Source: Bacteroidota bacterium (GTDB taxonomy: Bacteria > Bacteroidota > Bacteroidia > Flavobacteriales_D > JABDKJ01). Taken from it: a DNA stretch of 64,000 nucleotides. The notes under the pieces are model-generated. The model saw nothing but the letters and a program-made list of their open reading frames with translations, had not been told where the DNA came from and did no database searches. The stretch is taken from positions 12,317 through 76,316 of the forward strand of contig JBCCIF010000002.1 in assembly GCA_039028335.1 (NCBI GenBank), read 5' to 3'. The position numbers were made by a program, and so were the translations under genes. Each line of letters starts with the position of its first letter. Position 1 is the first letter of the stretch. Positions 9,271-19,653 of this stretch are shown here, in pieces.

Positions 9271-10202
9271 TAAAGCTTTGTCCTCTTAGTAAGGTATTCT
9301 ACCAATACCTTGTTAAATCCTGCGTTGATATCTGCCTCAATAAAATCAATTCGGTATTGTGCACACTTTAACTTAAGTTCAGCGGTATACTCTTTGATTG
9401 CTTTTTGGTAAATCTGCTTGACTTCTTTTGGATGTGCCTTAATTTCTTCATTGGTTTCGAGGTCAACAAACGTATAGGGTCGATTTTCCAGATCAAAATC
9501 GATTTCCGTCTTTTCATCTCTCACATGAAATAAAATGACTTCGTGTTTGTTGTGTTTCAGATGCTGCAAGGCTGAAAAGAGATCATCACTTTTCTCAGAA
9601 TTGTCAAGCATATCACTAAAAATGCAAATAAGTGATCGCTTAGGAATAGACTCCGCAATAGCATGCAAAGCGTCAACCGTTGCTGTTTTCTTCTCTTTTG
9701 GTCTACCTGGCTCGTCAATTAATTTTTCCAATTCAGAAAATAAATAACGATGATGAACGGTACTGCTTCTCGCATTCGTATGCAAATCAATTTGCTCATT
9801 AAAAAGGGACAGACCCACAGCATCTCGCTGCGTTTTCAGCATTTCAATAATTGCAGCAGCAGCATAAACAGAAAACTTAACCTTGTTAAATTTATCTGAC
9901 TTCAAATCGAACTCTTCTGGATAGTACATTGAAGAAGAAGTATCGATGACCAATTGACAACGTAAATTCGTTTCCTCTTCATATTTCTTGAGAAACATCT
10001 TATCTGTTCGGGCAAAAAGTTTCCAATCCATGTGCTTTGTAGATTCACCTTGATTGTAAATTTTATGCTCTGCAAATTCAACTGAAAAACCGTGAAAAGG
10101 GGATTTATGTAAACCAACGATAAAGCCCTCTACCACTTGTCTTGCAAGAAATTCAAGATGGCTGATTTCCTGAAGTTTCGTTCTGTCTATGTTAATTGGC
10201 AT
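9267..10202 (-). CDS. DUF58 domain-containing protein (vWA-like, MoxR-associated family)
   Basis: 311 aa with [56 protein letters not shown], characteristic of DUF58. Confidence 0.85.
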   Translation of the reverse strand: MPINIDRTKLQEISHLEFLARQVVEGFIVGLHKSPFHGFSVEFAEHKIYNQGESTKHMDWKLFARTDKMFLKKYEEETNLRCQLVIDTSSSMYYPEEFDLKSDKFNKVKFSVYAAAAIIEMLKTQRDAVGLSLFNEQIDLHTNARSSTVHHRYLFSELEKLIDEPGRPKEKKTATVDALHAIAESIPKRSLICIFSDMLDNSEKSDDLFSALQHLKHNKHEVILFHVRDEKTEIDFDLENRPYTFVDLETNEEIKAHPKEVKQIYQKAIKEYTAELKLKCAQYRIDFIEADINAGFNKVLVEYLTKRTKLY

Positions 10203-10241
10203 ATTCTAATTACGATAAAGCTATTGCTCAGATTCAAAAGA

Positions 10242-12185
10242 TCACATCTTTTTAAGAATTATTTTCTCGGTTCTTTTTTGAAGCGCATTTTCATACATGG
10301 TCTTCAAATCGAGATAATCACTAGGCAAAATGATGTCGGCATTTATCTTAAACGCATAATTGATGACTAAATTATTTCCAAAATGTTTTGCATCATACAT
10401 AAAAGATCCTTGATTATCTTTCATCATGTATACTATTGGTTCTGGCATCGATTCAAGCTCAACATCTTCCGGTAAAGTGATAGTGGAAACATATCTCAGG
10501 TCATATTTATATGGAAAAAAAACAGGAAATTCTCTTTCCTCTTTTAAGAATGGATTTTCTTCAATTCCCATATTCAAGTCGCCATTGATCAACACCTGAT
10601 CTCCTATTGATACTATATCCTTTTGAATGGTTTCATTAAAGAGCACATCTATATCACCATCTTTATCGCTCACCCCTATACTTTCTAAAGCTTCGAATAT
10701 ATCCTCTACTTCTTCTTCAATTTCTTCTTCAGCATCCTCCTCTATCCCACTTTTGCTCAATTTATCTCGATAGCGCTTTGAAGCATAGGACCTATACATT
10801 TCTTGTCCTTCACCTTCAAAAATATTTTTATCGCTATTGAATGTCAATGTGCTATTCTTGAGATATTTGTATACATTAGGATTCACCAGATCTACGACTT
10901 GAACATTTTGCATATCCATTAATATACCTGAGAGATTCATTGCTCGCTTGGGTAACATTCCAAAACGGCAGTTTTCATCAGATGCGTCCAAAACCAAATC
11001 CATACCATCCACTGTTACCATGGCCAAAACATAGTTCAATTCCGACAAACTTGGAATGGCAGCATTAAACACTCCTCTATTTCTATTTTTTGTTAAAATG
11101 GGATACGAGCCAAGACCCGCTTTTTGCAGCAAGCCAATTAAAAGAATATTAAAGTCTGCAACGTTGCCAACCCGCTCTTCAGTGAATTTCTTCATCCCTT
11201 TTTCGGGATAAATACTTGATTCGCCATTCCATGTGAAATTATCTCTGACGTAAGCAAAAATGGTCTCAGCCTTTTCTCGTTGACTCTTGCCGCTGCACGA
11301 GTCGATTAGATCATTGTGTTGCTTCAAGTTCTTTCTTAAGTGTATTCCAAAGCGGTCTGACGAAGATAAATTGGTGCAAATCGAATTCCAATCAGAAGTA
11401 TAGTCTTTGTGAAAAACCCCTGGAATATTAATCGAATGTAATTCTAATTTGATGTTGCTTCGATAGTCATTTAAGTTCAAAACAAAGTCATCCTCCTTCA
11501 TAGGTGGAATGTCCTTAGCATAATAGTGATAGTTATTCTCATTATATCCTTTTTCTTTAATCTCAAGCTCTATTGGAAAAACGCCTCGAACAATTGGTGT
11601 ATAGGATGCATACTGATTTAACCGAACCCGATAGCTGCTATAATCGACTGGAACGTCTTTTTGGAAATACCATTTAGGAATCAAGTAAACGAATGGTGAC
11701 CGAATCGTATAGTCTACTTCGATAATTGATCCTTGCTTAACCTTAGGCAACGCAAATTTCTTTATCAAATATTTTTTCTCTTCCTCTTCATAAATTTCTT
11801 TTTTATCCATGCCCGAGGCCATTATTTTCCCCGTCTCTGTTAGATTGTAAACTTTGGTTTTAATTTGAATCAGTTTTTCTTTGGATCCAGCCTTCCCTAT
11901 GTATAATGGAATCTCAAAATTGGCATAGTCCAATCCCTTTTCATCATAAATCTTGATCCTTTGGTGAACATTAATATCTACTGTAAATCCCGCAGCATTC
12001 TCATTTAATTTCACATCACAATTAGAGAATATATATTTTGCAGATGCTTGATGAACTGGATGTTCTTTCTCCATTAAATCTTCAAGTGTAACCTCTTCTA
12101 TTTCTTGCGAAAAAATCTTTTCTGGCGGCAAAGAGAATAAGGCACTAAGGAGCAGCAGTCTCAAAAATGCAGGGTAAAGTTTCAT
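10242..12185 (-). CDS. DUF3857/transglutaminase-like family protein, catalytic residues substituted (predicted inactive paralog)
   Basis: 647 aa with a signal peptide (MKLYPAFLRLLLLSALFSL). The transglutaminase-core-like block is GNVADFNILLIGLLQKAG...NYVLAMV...LVLDAS, where Cys becomes Val/Ala and His becomes Tyr. Confidence 0.75.
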   Translation of the reverse strand: MKLYPAFLRLLLLSALFSLPPEKIFSQEIEEVTLEDLMEKEHPVHQASAKYIFSNCDVKLNENAAGFTVDINVHQRIKIYDEKGLDYANFEIPLYIGKAGSKEKLIQIKTKVYNLTETGKIMASGMDKKEIYEEEEKKYLIKKFALPKVKQGSIIEVDYTIRSPFVYLIPKWYFQKDVPVDYSSYRVRLNQYASYTPIVRGVFPIELEIKEKGYNENNYHYYAKDIPPMKEDDFVLNLNDYRSNIKLELHSINIPGVFHKDYTSDWNSICTNLSSSDRFGIHLRKNLKQHNDLIDSCSGKSQREKAETIFAYVRDNFTWNGESSIYPEKGMKKFTEERVGNVADFNILLIGLLQKAGLGSYPILTKNRNRGVFNAAIPSLSELNYVLAMVTVDGMDLVLDASDENCRFGMLPKRAMNLSGILMDMQNVQVVDLVNPNVYKYLKNSTLTFNSDKNIFEGEGQEMYRSYASKRYRDKLSKSGIEEDAEEEIEEEVEDIFEALESIGVSDKDGDIDVLFNETIQKDIVSIGDQVLINGDLNMGIEENPFLKEEREFPVFFPYKYDLRYVSTITLPEDVELESMPEPIVYMMKDNQGSFMYDAKHFGNNLVINYAFKINADIILPSDYLDLKTMYENALQKRTEKIILKKM

Positions 12186-14070
12186 TTTGTTTTACGGTTT
12201 TAAAGAATTCTTGAATCTCGGGATATAAATCTTTGGAGAAGGTTCCTTTTTTCAATCGAAACTCACGTTCGACTATCACTTTATTTTCTTGTATCAAAAG
12301 CGATAAGCTATAATCCGCAAAATCGCTAATCATATGCTTTTCACCTTTAAAATCAGCAAATCGCAAGTGATCTGGAATTTCTATTTCAATGAATGATTTA
12401 TACGCTTTAGATCTCGGAAATACAATAGATCTCTTTCTGTCTTTCTTCTTTCCCAAATTAGGGATTTCAAATGGTAGTACATTTAAAGGAAGCATCACAT
12501 ATTTTCCCGCATGAATCCTCATATTATTTGCATGTATGGAATAATCCATATTGAGCAACAAATCATTCTTTTCACTCTTTGAACAAGAAATTGGCCCTTC
12601 AACTCTAGTCTGCGTAAAGTCTTTATGCATGCTTTTCAAAGCGTATTCCATTTTCTCTTCGCTTTCTAGGTCCAAAATACCAGAAAAATTGGCCATGGGA
12701 ATTCCGACAAAATTCCTTTCAACATTTAAGCGAGTGAGATCCTTTTCCAATTTAATATGAATAGAATCACAAATTTGATTTCTATTAAAATCGTATCTTG
12801 GCGTACGAACAATTTCTCCGTGACCCTTATGATCAATGCTCAAACATAATCGGTCATCAGTAAAATCCCCTAAAAAATTAAAGGGAAGTCTTTTAGATGT
12901 GCAGTCAACCCAAACTGTATCCTCCTCAAATGGGATCGCAAGTATGATATGATTTCCCTGTGTAGAGGATGCAAAATCGGGCAAATAGGATACGAGCTCA
13001 TCTGATTCTGCATGAATCTCGACATAATTTGACTTGATATTATATAGTTCCAGTATCGATTTCATGTAAAAGCTTAACGCTTTACAATCCCCATATTTCT
13101 TGCTGTGAACTTCACTACTGAACATCGGTTGAATTGCACCTTCATCCAAACTTATACTGACATAGCGGGTTGTTTCTTGGATAAATTCATATACCCCCTT
13201 TGCAATTTCATAAGGATCGCTAGAATCTTTTACGTAAGGTTGGATATCGGATAAAATTGTTCGACTCAAATTATCCCTGCCCATCAAGAAATTTTGATGC
13301 CGCCAATTTCCAAATTCTTGCCAGTTAGAATAATTTCCTTCGAATCCCTCGAAAGTAAAAGAAGATGGACGTACATAAACAATAGGGAATATATCTCTGA
13401 AGCCAGGAGAATAACGTTCTCTTTGCTTTGCTTTAAAATCGCGCAATTCAAAGTGCTGCTCAGATATTTTCCATTTCTCATCCTCCATATTCTTTGACTG
13501 AATACTAAAATCATCGAGTTGACTTGAAACGATGCGATAACTGGAATGCTCTACAGAGACTCCGTATGAAGGTACCGGATACCAATTCGGGGGGAAGGTA
13601 TTTTTACGCTCAATTACATATGAATACTTCATGGTTATCGGGTAACGCGCAGCCTCCAAAGCCAAATATTTTACTCGAAAATCTGTAAATACAGAAAAGC
13701 CATCATAAGAAGCTCGATCTTCAATATCTTTATTGGTATAACTTTCCAATACTTGACCAAAAGGATCAATTAACTCTATTTTTATGGATTTTACCTTGTC
13801 GCTGCCTTCTTTATATCCTTTGTAAAATGAAAGGTGTTTCTTTCCAGATTTATTAAGCACAGTTATGGCATATTCCTTCTTGATTCGGGTTTTTGATGCA
13901 TTGCTGAAATCAAGTTCATTTCTGTCATACCTCACAACTGCAATCGCTTTATCTTTAAGGTCGCCAGAAATTAATCCAACACCTAATTCAGGATATTGAC
14001 CATATAAAGGGCCAATGGACAATAGCAAAATAATGAAGAGAGAGCCGTATACTTGGCTAGTAGAGAACAA
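12145..14070 (-). CDS. DUF3857 domain-containing transglutaminase-like protein (Cys-His-Asp triad intact)
   Basis: 641 aa with a signal peptide. Core is YGDCKALSFYMKSILELYNI...GNHIILAIPFEEDTVWVDCT (C, H, D present). Its 3' end overlaps the downstream paralog by 41 nt. Confidence 0.8.
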   Translation of the reverse strand: MFSTSQVYGSLFIILLLSIGPLYGQYPELGVGLISGDLKDKAIAVVRYDRNELDFSNASKTRIKKEYAITVLNKSGKKHLSFYKGYKEGSDKVKSIKIELIDPFGQVLESYTNKDIEDRASYDGFSVFTDFRVKYLALEAARYPITMKYSYVIERKNTFPPNWYPVPSYGVSVEHSSYRIVSSQLDDFSIQSKNMEDEKWKISEQHFELRDFKAKQRERYSPGFRDIFPIVYVRPSSFTFEGFEGNYSNWQEFGNWRHQNFLMGRDNLSRTILSDIQPYVKDSSDPYEIAKGVYEFIQETTRYVSISLDEGAIQPMFSSEVHSKKYGDCKALSFYMKSILELYNIKSNYVEIHAESDELVSYLPDFASSTQGNHIILAIPFEEDTVWVDCTSKRLPFNFLGDFTDDRLCLSIDHKGHGEIVRTPRYDFNRNQICDSIHIKLEKDLTRLNVERNFVGIPMANFSGILDLESEEKMEYALKSMHKDFTQTRVEGPISCSKSEKNDLLLNMDYSIHANNMRIHAGKYVMLPLNVLPFEIPNLGKKKDRKRSIVFPRSKAYKSFIEIEIPDHLRFADFKGEKHMISDFADYSLSLLIQENKVIVEREFRLKKGTFSKDLYPEIQEFFKTVKQNETLPCIFETAAP

Positions 14071-14106
14071 TGTTTGGTCGATTTTAGACCAAGGTAAACA
14101 ATTTTT

Positions 14107-14772
14107 TCAACCCTCATTGACGATTTTCCCCTCAGGGCTTATTTGAAGAAGGTACTTCTCAATAGTTTGTTCTAATTCAAAATCATATAAAATTTTGTCT
14201 TGCGGAAGGTGACCATTAATTAGTTCGTTTTCTGGTACAGAAAAATTGAATTCCTGAATATAAAAGGAAGTAAGGTTCTTTCTCTGAAATTTTATTTCGC
14301 TATAAAAAGTGCTGCCCAAATCATGGTCTGTAAACTCTTCAATCAAGGCTCTATCCAGTTCAATGGAATCTTTGAATGTATATAAATGAAGTTCAGAATG
14401 CACTCCTGAATTTCCACGAACAAATGCGCAAAGAATAGAATCAAAAGCAAGAAAGCAATCTTCGAGTTCAATAGGCACAAATTCATTCCCTTTCTTGCTC
14501 GCAAACACTTCTTCAAGCCACACCGGACATCGCTCTGTGTTGAATTGAGGATTTTGCTCAGGTAGCGAATGAGTCGTATTGGCTCTGATGTTTTGTCCCA
14601 AAGAATCAATAGAATGATCTAAGGCTTCAAACGAATTTTCTTCTTCTTCTATTCTTTGGGTATTAGATGAATCTGCGCTGGATTTACTGTTTGATTCACT
14701 ACAAGCACTTAGAACAAGCACATAGCTGAATAAAGAGAGCATAAAAAAACCCTGCCATCTTCCGCGTTTCAT
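14107..14772 (-). CDS. hypothetical lipoprotein
   Basis: The ORF-track entry runs to 14859 and would overlap trxA. ATG at 14770-14772 gives MKRGRWQGFFMLSLFSYVLVLSAC, a lipobox-type signal peptide. Confidence 0.55.
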   Translation of the reverse strand: MKRGRWQGFFMLSLFSYVLVLSACSESNSKSSADSSNTQRIEEEENSFEALDHSIDSLGQNIRANTTHSLPEQNPQFNTERCPVWLEEVFASKKGNEFVPIELEDCFLAFDSILCAFVRGNSGVHSELHLYTFKDSIELDRALIEEFTDHDLGSTFYSEIKFQRKNLTSFYIQEFNFSVPENELINGHLPQDKILYDFELEQTIEKYLLQISPEGKIVNEG

Positions 14773-14809
14773 CGAAAGACAACAGGGTTGAACAATCATG
14801 TTAAGTCTT

Positions 14810-15127
14810 CTACAAATGTGCGTCAATCTTATCTGACAATACATTCTTGGGTACTGCACCTACGGATTTATCTACTACCTCTCCATTCTTCAAGAATAAA
14901 ATGGTAGGAATATTTCTTACACCGTATTTGGCTGAGATTTCAGGGTCATTGTCCACGTTCACTTTTCCAACAACAGCCTTTCCTTCATATTCAGATGCCA
15001 GTTCATCAACTATTGGACCTACCATTCTGCATGGTCCGCACCATTCTGCCCAAAAATCTACCATTACTGGTTTGTCTGAATTCAATGCCAATTCTTCAAA
15101 ATTAGCGCCTGTAAATTCTAATGCCAT
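14810..15127 (-). CDS. trxA: thioredoxin
   Basis: 105 aa with the WAEWCGPCRM active site and a full thioredoxin fold pattern. Confidence 0.95.
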   Translation of the reverse strand: MALEFTGANFEELALNSDKPVMVDFWAEWCGPCRMVGPIVDELASEYEGKAVVGKVNVDNDPEISAKYGVRNIPTILFLKNGEVVDKSVGAVPKNVLSDKIDAHL

Positions 15128-15155
15128 AATTCTAAATAATTTTCAATTCTATAAT

Positions 15156-15163
15156 CAAATGTA
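15156..15163 (-). promoter_or_regulatory. Bacteroidota-type -7 promoter box (TAnnTTTG) for trxA
   Basis: The minus strand reads TACATTTG, ending 28 nt upstream of the trxA ATG (15127). Confidence 0.4.
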
Positions 15164-15172
15164 AATTTTAAA

Positions 15173-15209
15173 TGTGAGAACGTTACGTATACAAAAGTTA
15201 ATTCTCACA
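15173..15209. promoter_or_regulatory. inverted repeat TGTGAGAA-N21-TTCTCACA between dnaE and trxA
   Basis: Perfect 8-bp arms at 15173-15180 and 15202-15209. On the minus strand it is followed by TTTAAAATTT. It could be a weak dnaE terminator or an operator. Confidence 0.3.
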
Positions 15210-15348
15210 AATTGTTCACTCAAATTGCCTGCCAATGTTAAAAAGCTGACAAAATTGCAGTATTCAATGCTGCATTAGAATTTTTAACTCATAAATATTG
15301 TCGGCCTAAGGTTTTCAAACCCGGAATACTTAAAAGATTAGTAGAACC

Positions 15349-18300
15349 TCAATTCAAAGAGTACTTGACGTTTTCAAATGCATCCAAAGCTTGCAAGAAA
15401 TCATTACTTGCTTCTATCTTTTTGGACTTTGAAGGCATGGAAATTGATTTTCCTTCCAAATCAAAGACCTCAAATTTCAAATTACAATTCCCTTGATTGG
15501 CTTTAACTAAGTCATTCAATTGACCGACAAAGTCTTGATTTAAATCACTTAACCTTAAAGATATTTTCACCTCTTTCGTTGAAGCTCCCATTATCTCTGA
15601 AAGCAATTCAATTCCAGTTATTTTGAACTCAACTTCCCCTTCTCGAAACCTGTGTTTTTGAACTCTTCCGTTAATCATGAGAAAATTCCCGATTTGGAAG
15701 AAATGTTTCATACGCAAATAGTCTTCGCCAAATAACACAAATTCATGCGTGGACTTGTAGTCTTCCATTTCAAAACTTCCAAAAGGCTTACCCTTTTTAG
15801 TTACCCGATGATTGACTTTAGTGACCATGCCGGGGAGTTTGAATAATGTATTCACATATCGTTCGATATCGGACATGACGGATAAATCTCCTTGAGCAAA
15901 ATGCTCTACTTGCTTCTTAAAATCATCTAAAGGATGCCCAGATACATAAATTCCAATAACCTCTTTTTCTTTTCTCAACATCTCTAAAGTCGACCAAATG
16001 TTTTCTACCTCTGGAACTTCAGGTTTTCTGATTTCTACTTCCAGGGAATCTCCAAATAAATCAGGCGGGCGTTCATCATTGGCACGAAGCGCTTGCCCAA
16101 ACTTCATCATATCTTCCATAAAAGTCCGCTCTCCATCGTAAGGCACGATATATTTTGAGCGCATCAATCCAAAACAATCAAATGCTCCTCCTACGATCAA
16201 ATTCTCAATGCTGCGTTTATTCGCAGCTCTCAAATCAATTCGCGAGACCAAATCAAAACAATCGCTGTACTTACCGTCCTTATTTCGTTCATCAACAATA
16301 CTCTCGACCGCATTCGAACCAACTCCCTTGATTGCCCCCATACCAAAGCGGATTTCTCCCTTTTTGTTGACCGTAAAAAGGTAATCACTTTCGTTTACAC
16401 AGGGACCCAACACAGGGATTCCCATTTTTTTGGATTCCTGCATGAATTTCTCAACGGTCTTAATTTGATTGAGGTTATTACTCAGGAGAGAGGCCATAAA
16501 TTCTGCTGGATAATTTGCTTTGAGGTATGCAGTTTGATAGCCCAACAAAGCATAGCAGGTAGAATGTGACTTATTGAAGGCATAGGAAGCAAAAGCTTCC
16601 CAATCTTTCCAAATCTTATTGACCTTATCTTCGGGATGCCCATTGGATTGGCAACCATCAAGAAACTTTGGGAACATTTTATCCAGAACATCCTTTTTCT
16701 TTTTCCCCATGGCCTTTCTAAGGACATCGGCTTCACCCTTGGTAAAATTGGCCAACTTTTGTGATAAGAGCATTACCTGCTCCTGATAGACCGTGATACC
16801 ATATGTCGCTTCTAAGTGTTCTTTGCAATCCTCAAGATCGTACTTGATTTCTTCTTGTCCGTGTTTCCGCTTAATGAAAGATGGAATATAAGCCAAAGGT
16901 CCTGGTCGATAAAGGGCATTCATAGCAATGAGATCATCAAACTTATCAGGTTTCAAATCCTTCATATGCTTTCTCATCCCATCGGATTCATATTGAAATA
17001 TACCTACCGTTTCTCCTCTTTGAAATAGCTCATAGGTTTTTATATCATCGAGAGGGATATCATCGGCAATAATTTCAATATTGTGATTTTGCTTTACCAA
17101 AGCAATCGCATCATCAATGATTGTGAGGGTTTTCAATCCCAGAAAATCCATTTTCAACAAGCCTGCATCCTCCACAACAGAGTTGTCAAACTGGGTACAA
17201 ACCATGTCCGAATCTTTGGCCGTTGCAACAGGCACTAAATTGGTCAGGTCCTCAGGCGTGATGATTACACCACATGCGTGTATACCCGTATTTCGCACCG
17301 ATCCTTCAATAACTCTTGCTTGAGCAATGGTGTCGGCAGACTCTTCCTTTCCATTGGCAATCTTCATGAACTGCTGAACCTTATCGTATTGCTCGTTCTG
17401 AAAGCGATGTTTCAATTCCTTATCATCAAAAGAGAATAATTTCTTTAGAGATGTAAAGTCAGGAATCAGTTTCGCAATTCGATCAGCATCACTTAATGGC
17501 AATTCCATAACCCTCGCAGTATCTCGAATAGAAGACTTGGCTGCCATAGTACCAAAAGTTATGATCTGTGCTACATTAGATGCACCATACTTATTGACTA
17601 CCCATTCTATAATCTTATCGCGGCCGCGATCGTCAAAATCAATATCGATATCGGGAAGTGAAACCCTTTCCGGATTGAGAAAACGCTCGAACAGGAGATC
17701 GTATTTGATCGGATCGACATTCGTAATCCCAATACAATAGGCAACTGCAGACCCTGCAGCACTTCCTCTGCCCGGCCCAACAGAAACGCCCATTTTCCTG
17801 GCTTGAGAGGTGAAGTCTTGAACGATCAAGAAATATCCCGGATAACCTGTATTCTCGATTACGGATAACTCAAAATCCAACCTGTTCTTAATCTCTTCAC
17901 TTATTTCTCCATAGCGCTTTTTCGCGCCTTCATGCGTCAAATGTCTGAGGTAATTGTTTTCTCCTCGATTTCCATCGTCAGCATCATCTTGTGCATCTCT
18001 GAATTCTTCTGGAATATCAAATTTTGGTAAGAGCACATCATGACGGAGCGTGTAGGGTTCAAATTTTTCAAGAAGCCCGCTTAAATTGTCTATGCATTCA
18101 GGTAAATCTGCGAAAAGAGCGCGCATTTCGTCACTCGACTTGAAATAAAACTCCTCATTCGGAAATCCAAATCTGTAATCACGCCCCCTCTTTCCTGTGT
18201 ACTTTTTTGGTGTTGATTGATTCTCTGCGTCTTTCACACAAAGAAGAATATCATGCGCATTCGCGTCTTCCTTATCAATATAATAGGTGTTATTTGCCGC

Positions 18301-19653
18301 TATCATCTTCACATCCATCTCGCGTGCAAATTTTTGTAAGATCATATTTACGCGATCTTCTTCTGGCAAACCATGACGATTTAGCTCGAGATAAAAATCA
18401 TCTCCAAAAGTCTGGCTCCACCACAAACAGGCTTCTTGTGCCTGCTTCTCCCCAACATTCAATATTAAAGAGGAAATCTCTCCAAAAATCCCGCCTGAAA
18501 TGACCATTAAATCTTCCTTGAATTCCTCAATTAACTTTCTGTCAACCCGAGGCACATAATAAAAGCCATCTACATAAGCTTTGGAAGCCAATTTGATCAG
18601 GTTCTTATATCCTTGAAAATTCTTGGCCAATAACACTGTTGGAAAGCCGTTGTCTTTGACGGACTTATTGCTATGATCTTTGCACACATTCAATTCTATT
18701 CCCACAATACCGAGAATCTCATTCTGCTCACATGCATTTACGAACTGAAATGCACCGTATAGATTACCGTGATCAGAAAATGCAACAGCCGGCATTTTTA
18801 ATTCTTTGGCCTTTGCTACCAAAGATTTGACATTGGTGGTGGATTGCAATACGGAAAAGCCTGTATGGTTATGAATATGAAAAAATTCTCCTGTGCTTTG
18901 TTGAACATCGCTGACTTTTCCATACTCATCAATCACATCTCCTTCTTCCTCGAGGGCTTCCTCAGACAAGGGCGTATAAGGTTGTATGTTTAGGCCTATG
19001 GCCTGAATTACATCAGGATTATTCGTTTTGAATTCTGCGCGATCGATTTCATTCCAATCAAGCACCTCGTTTTTTAAAACATCTACGCGAATCAGTTCCA
19101 GAAAACAACGGGCGGTGGCCTCCACATCGGCACTGGCATTATGAGCAGCATCAAATCCCTCATTAAATAATTTGTGATGCAACTCCTCTAGTTTGGGGAA
19201 TTTGAATTTACCTCCTTTGCCTCCTGGTAATGCACAGAAATCTACGGTGCTCTTCATGGTGTCGACAAGTCCTATATCGCGAATAGAGCTTAACACACCA
19301 TAGCGGTGCATTTCAGAACCAACAACGTTTATGTCGAAACCAATATTATGCCCGACATTAAATTGTGCTTTTTGTAATGCTCGGTTAAACTCCTCAAGTA
19401 CCTGATGAACATCAACACCTTGTTTTATCGCCCGTTCTGTTGAAATCCCATGAATTTGCTCGGAATTATATGGAATGTCAAAACCGTCCGGTTTGACGAT
19501 AAAGTTCTTGACTTCAATCAAGTCCCCCTTTGCATCATGAAGCTGCCAGGCCAATTGCACCATTCGACAGGAATCATAAGCCTGAAGATCTGAATATGGT
19601 GCATCAAAATAGGCTGGAAATCCAGTCGTTTCTGTATCGTAGATGAGGAACAT
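15349..19653 (-). CDS. dnaE: DNA polymerase III alpha subunit with N-terminal DEDDh 3'-5' exonuclease (epsilon-like) domain
   Basis: 1434 aa. Exonuclease motifs are IYDTETTG (ExoI), VGHNIGFDINVV (ExoII) and HNASADVEATARCF (ExoIII). These are followed by a PHP domain (FFHIHNHTGFSVLQS), the pol III alpha core (GPGRGSAAGSAVAYCIGITNVDP, DIDIDFDD) and an OB-fold C-terminus. Confidence 0.95.
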   Translation of the reverse strand: MFLIYDTETTGFPAYFDAPYSDLQAYDSCRMVQLAWQLHDAKGDLIEVKNFIVKPDGFDIPYNSEQIHGISTERAIKQGVDVHQVLEEFNRALQKAQFNVGHNIGFDINVVGSEMHRYGVLSSIRDIGLVDTMKSTVDFCALPGGKGGKFKFPKLEELHHKLFNEGFDAAHNASADVEATARCFLELIRVDVLKNEVLDWNEIDRAEFKTNNPDVIQAIGLNIQPYTPLSEEALEEEGDVIDEYGKVSDVQQSTGEFFHIHNHTGFSVLQSTTNVKSLVAKAKELKMPAVAFSDHGNLYGAFQFVNACEQNEILGIVGIELNVCKDHSNKSVKDNGFPTVLLAKNFQGYKNLIKLASKAYVDGFYYVPRVDRKLIEEFKEDLMVISGGIFGEISSLILNVGEKQAQEACLWWSQTFGDDFYLELNRHGLPEEDRVNMILQKFAREMDVKMIAANNTYYIDKEDANAHDILLCVKDAENQSTPKKYTGKRGRDYRFGFPNEEFYFKSSDEMRALFADLPECIDNLSGLLEKFEPYTLRHDVLLPKFDIPEEFRDAQDDADDGNRGENNYLRHLTHEGAKKRYGEISEEIKNRLDFELSVIENTGYPGYFLIVQDFTSQARKMGVSVGPGRGSAAGSAVAYCIGITNVDPIKYDLLFERFLNPERVSLPDIDIDFDDRGRDKIIEWVVNKYGASNVAQIITFGTMAAKSSIRDTARVMELPLSDADRIAKLIPDFTSLKKLFSFDDKELKHRFQNEQYDKVQQFMKIANGKEESADTIAQARVIEGSVRNTGIHACGVIITPEDLTNLVPVATAKDSDMVCTQFDNSVVEDAGLLKMDFLGLKTLTIIDDAIALVKQNHNIEIIADDIPLDDIKTYELFQRGETVGIFQYESDGMRKHMKDLKPDKFDDLIAMNALYRPGPLAYIPSFIKRKHGQEEIKYDLEDCKEHLEATYGITVYQEQVMLLSQKLANFTKGEADVLRKAMGKKKKDVLDKMFPKFLDGCQSNGHPEDKVNKIWKDWEAFASYAFNKSHSTCYALLGYQTAYLKANYPAEFMASLLSNNLNQIKTVEKFMQESKKMGIPVLGPCVNESDYLFTVNKKGEIRFGMGAIKGVGSNAVESIVDERNKDGKYSDCFDLVSRIDLRAANKRSIENLIVGGAFDCFGLMRSKYIVPYDGERTFMEDMMKFGQALRANDERPPDLFGDSLEVEIRKPEVPEVENIWSTLEMLRKEKEVIGIYVSGHPLDDFKKQVEHFAQGDLSVMSDIERYVNTLFKLPGMVTKVNHRVTKKGKPFGSFEMEDYKSTHEFVLFGEDYLRMKHFFQIGNFLMINGRVQKHRFREGEVEFKITGIELLSEIMGASTKEVKISLRLSDLNQDFVGQLNDLVKANQGNCNLKFEVFDLEGKSISMPSKSKKIEASNDFLQALDAFENVKYSLN

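Noticed and set aside
15173-15209. TGTGA...TCACA arms, which resemble a CRP/FNR-type binding site
   Set aside because: CRP-family sites have TGTGA-N6-TCACA spacing, whereas here the cores are 27 nt apart. I kept it only as a generic inverted repeat.
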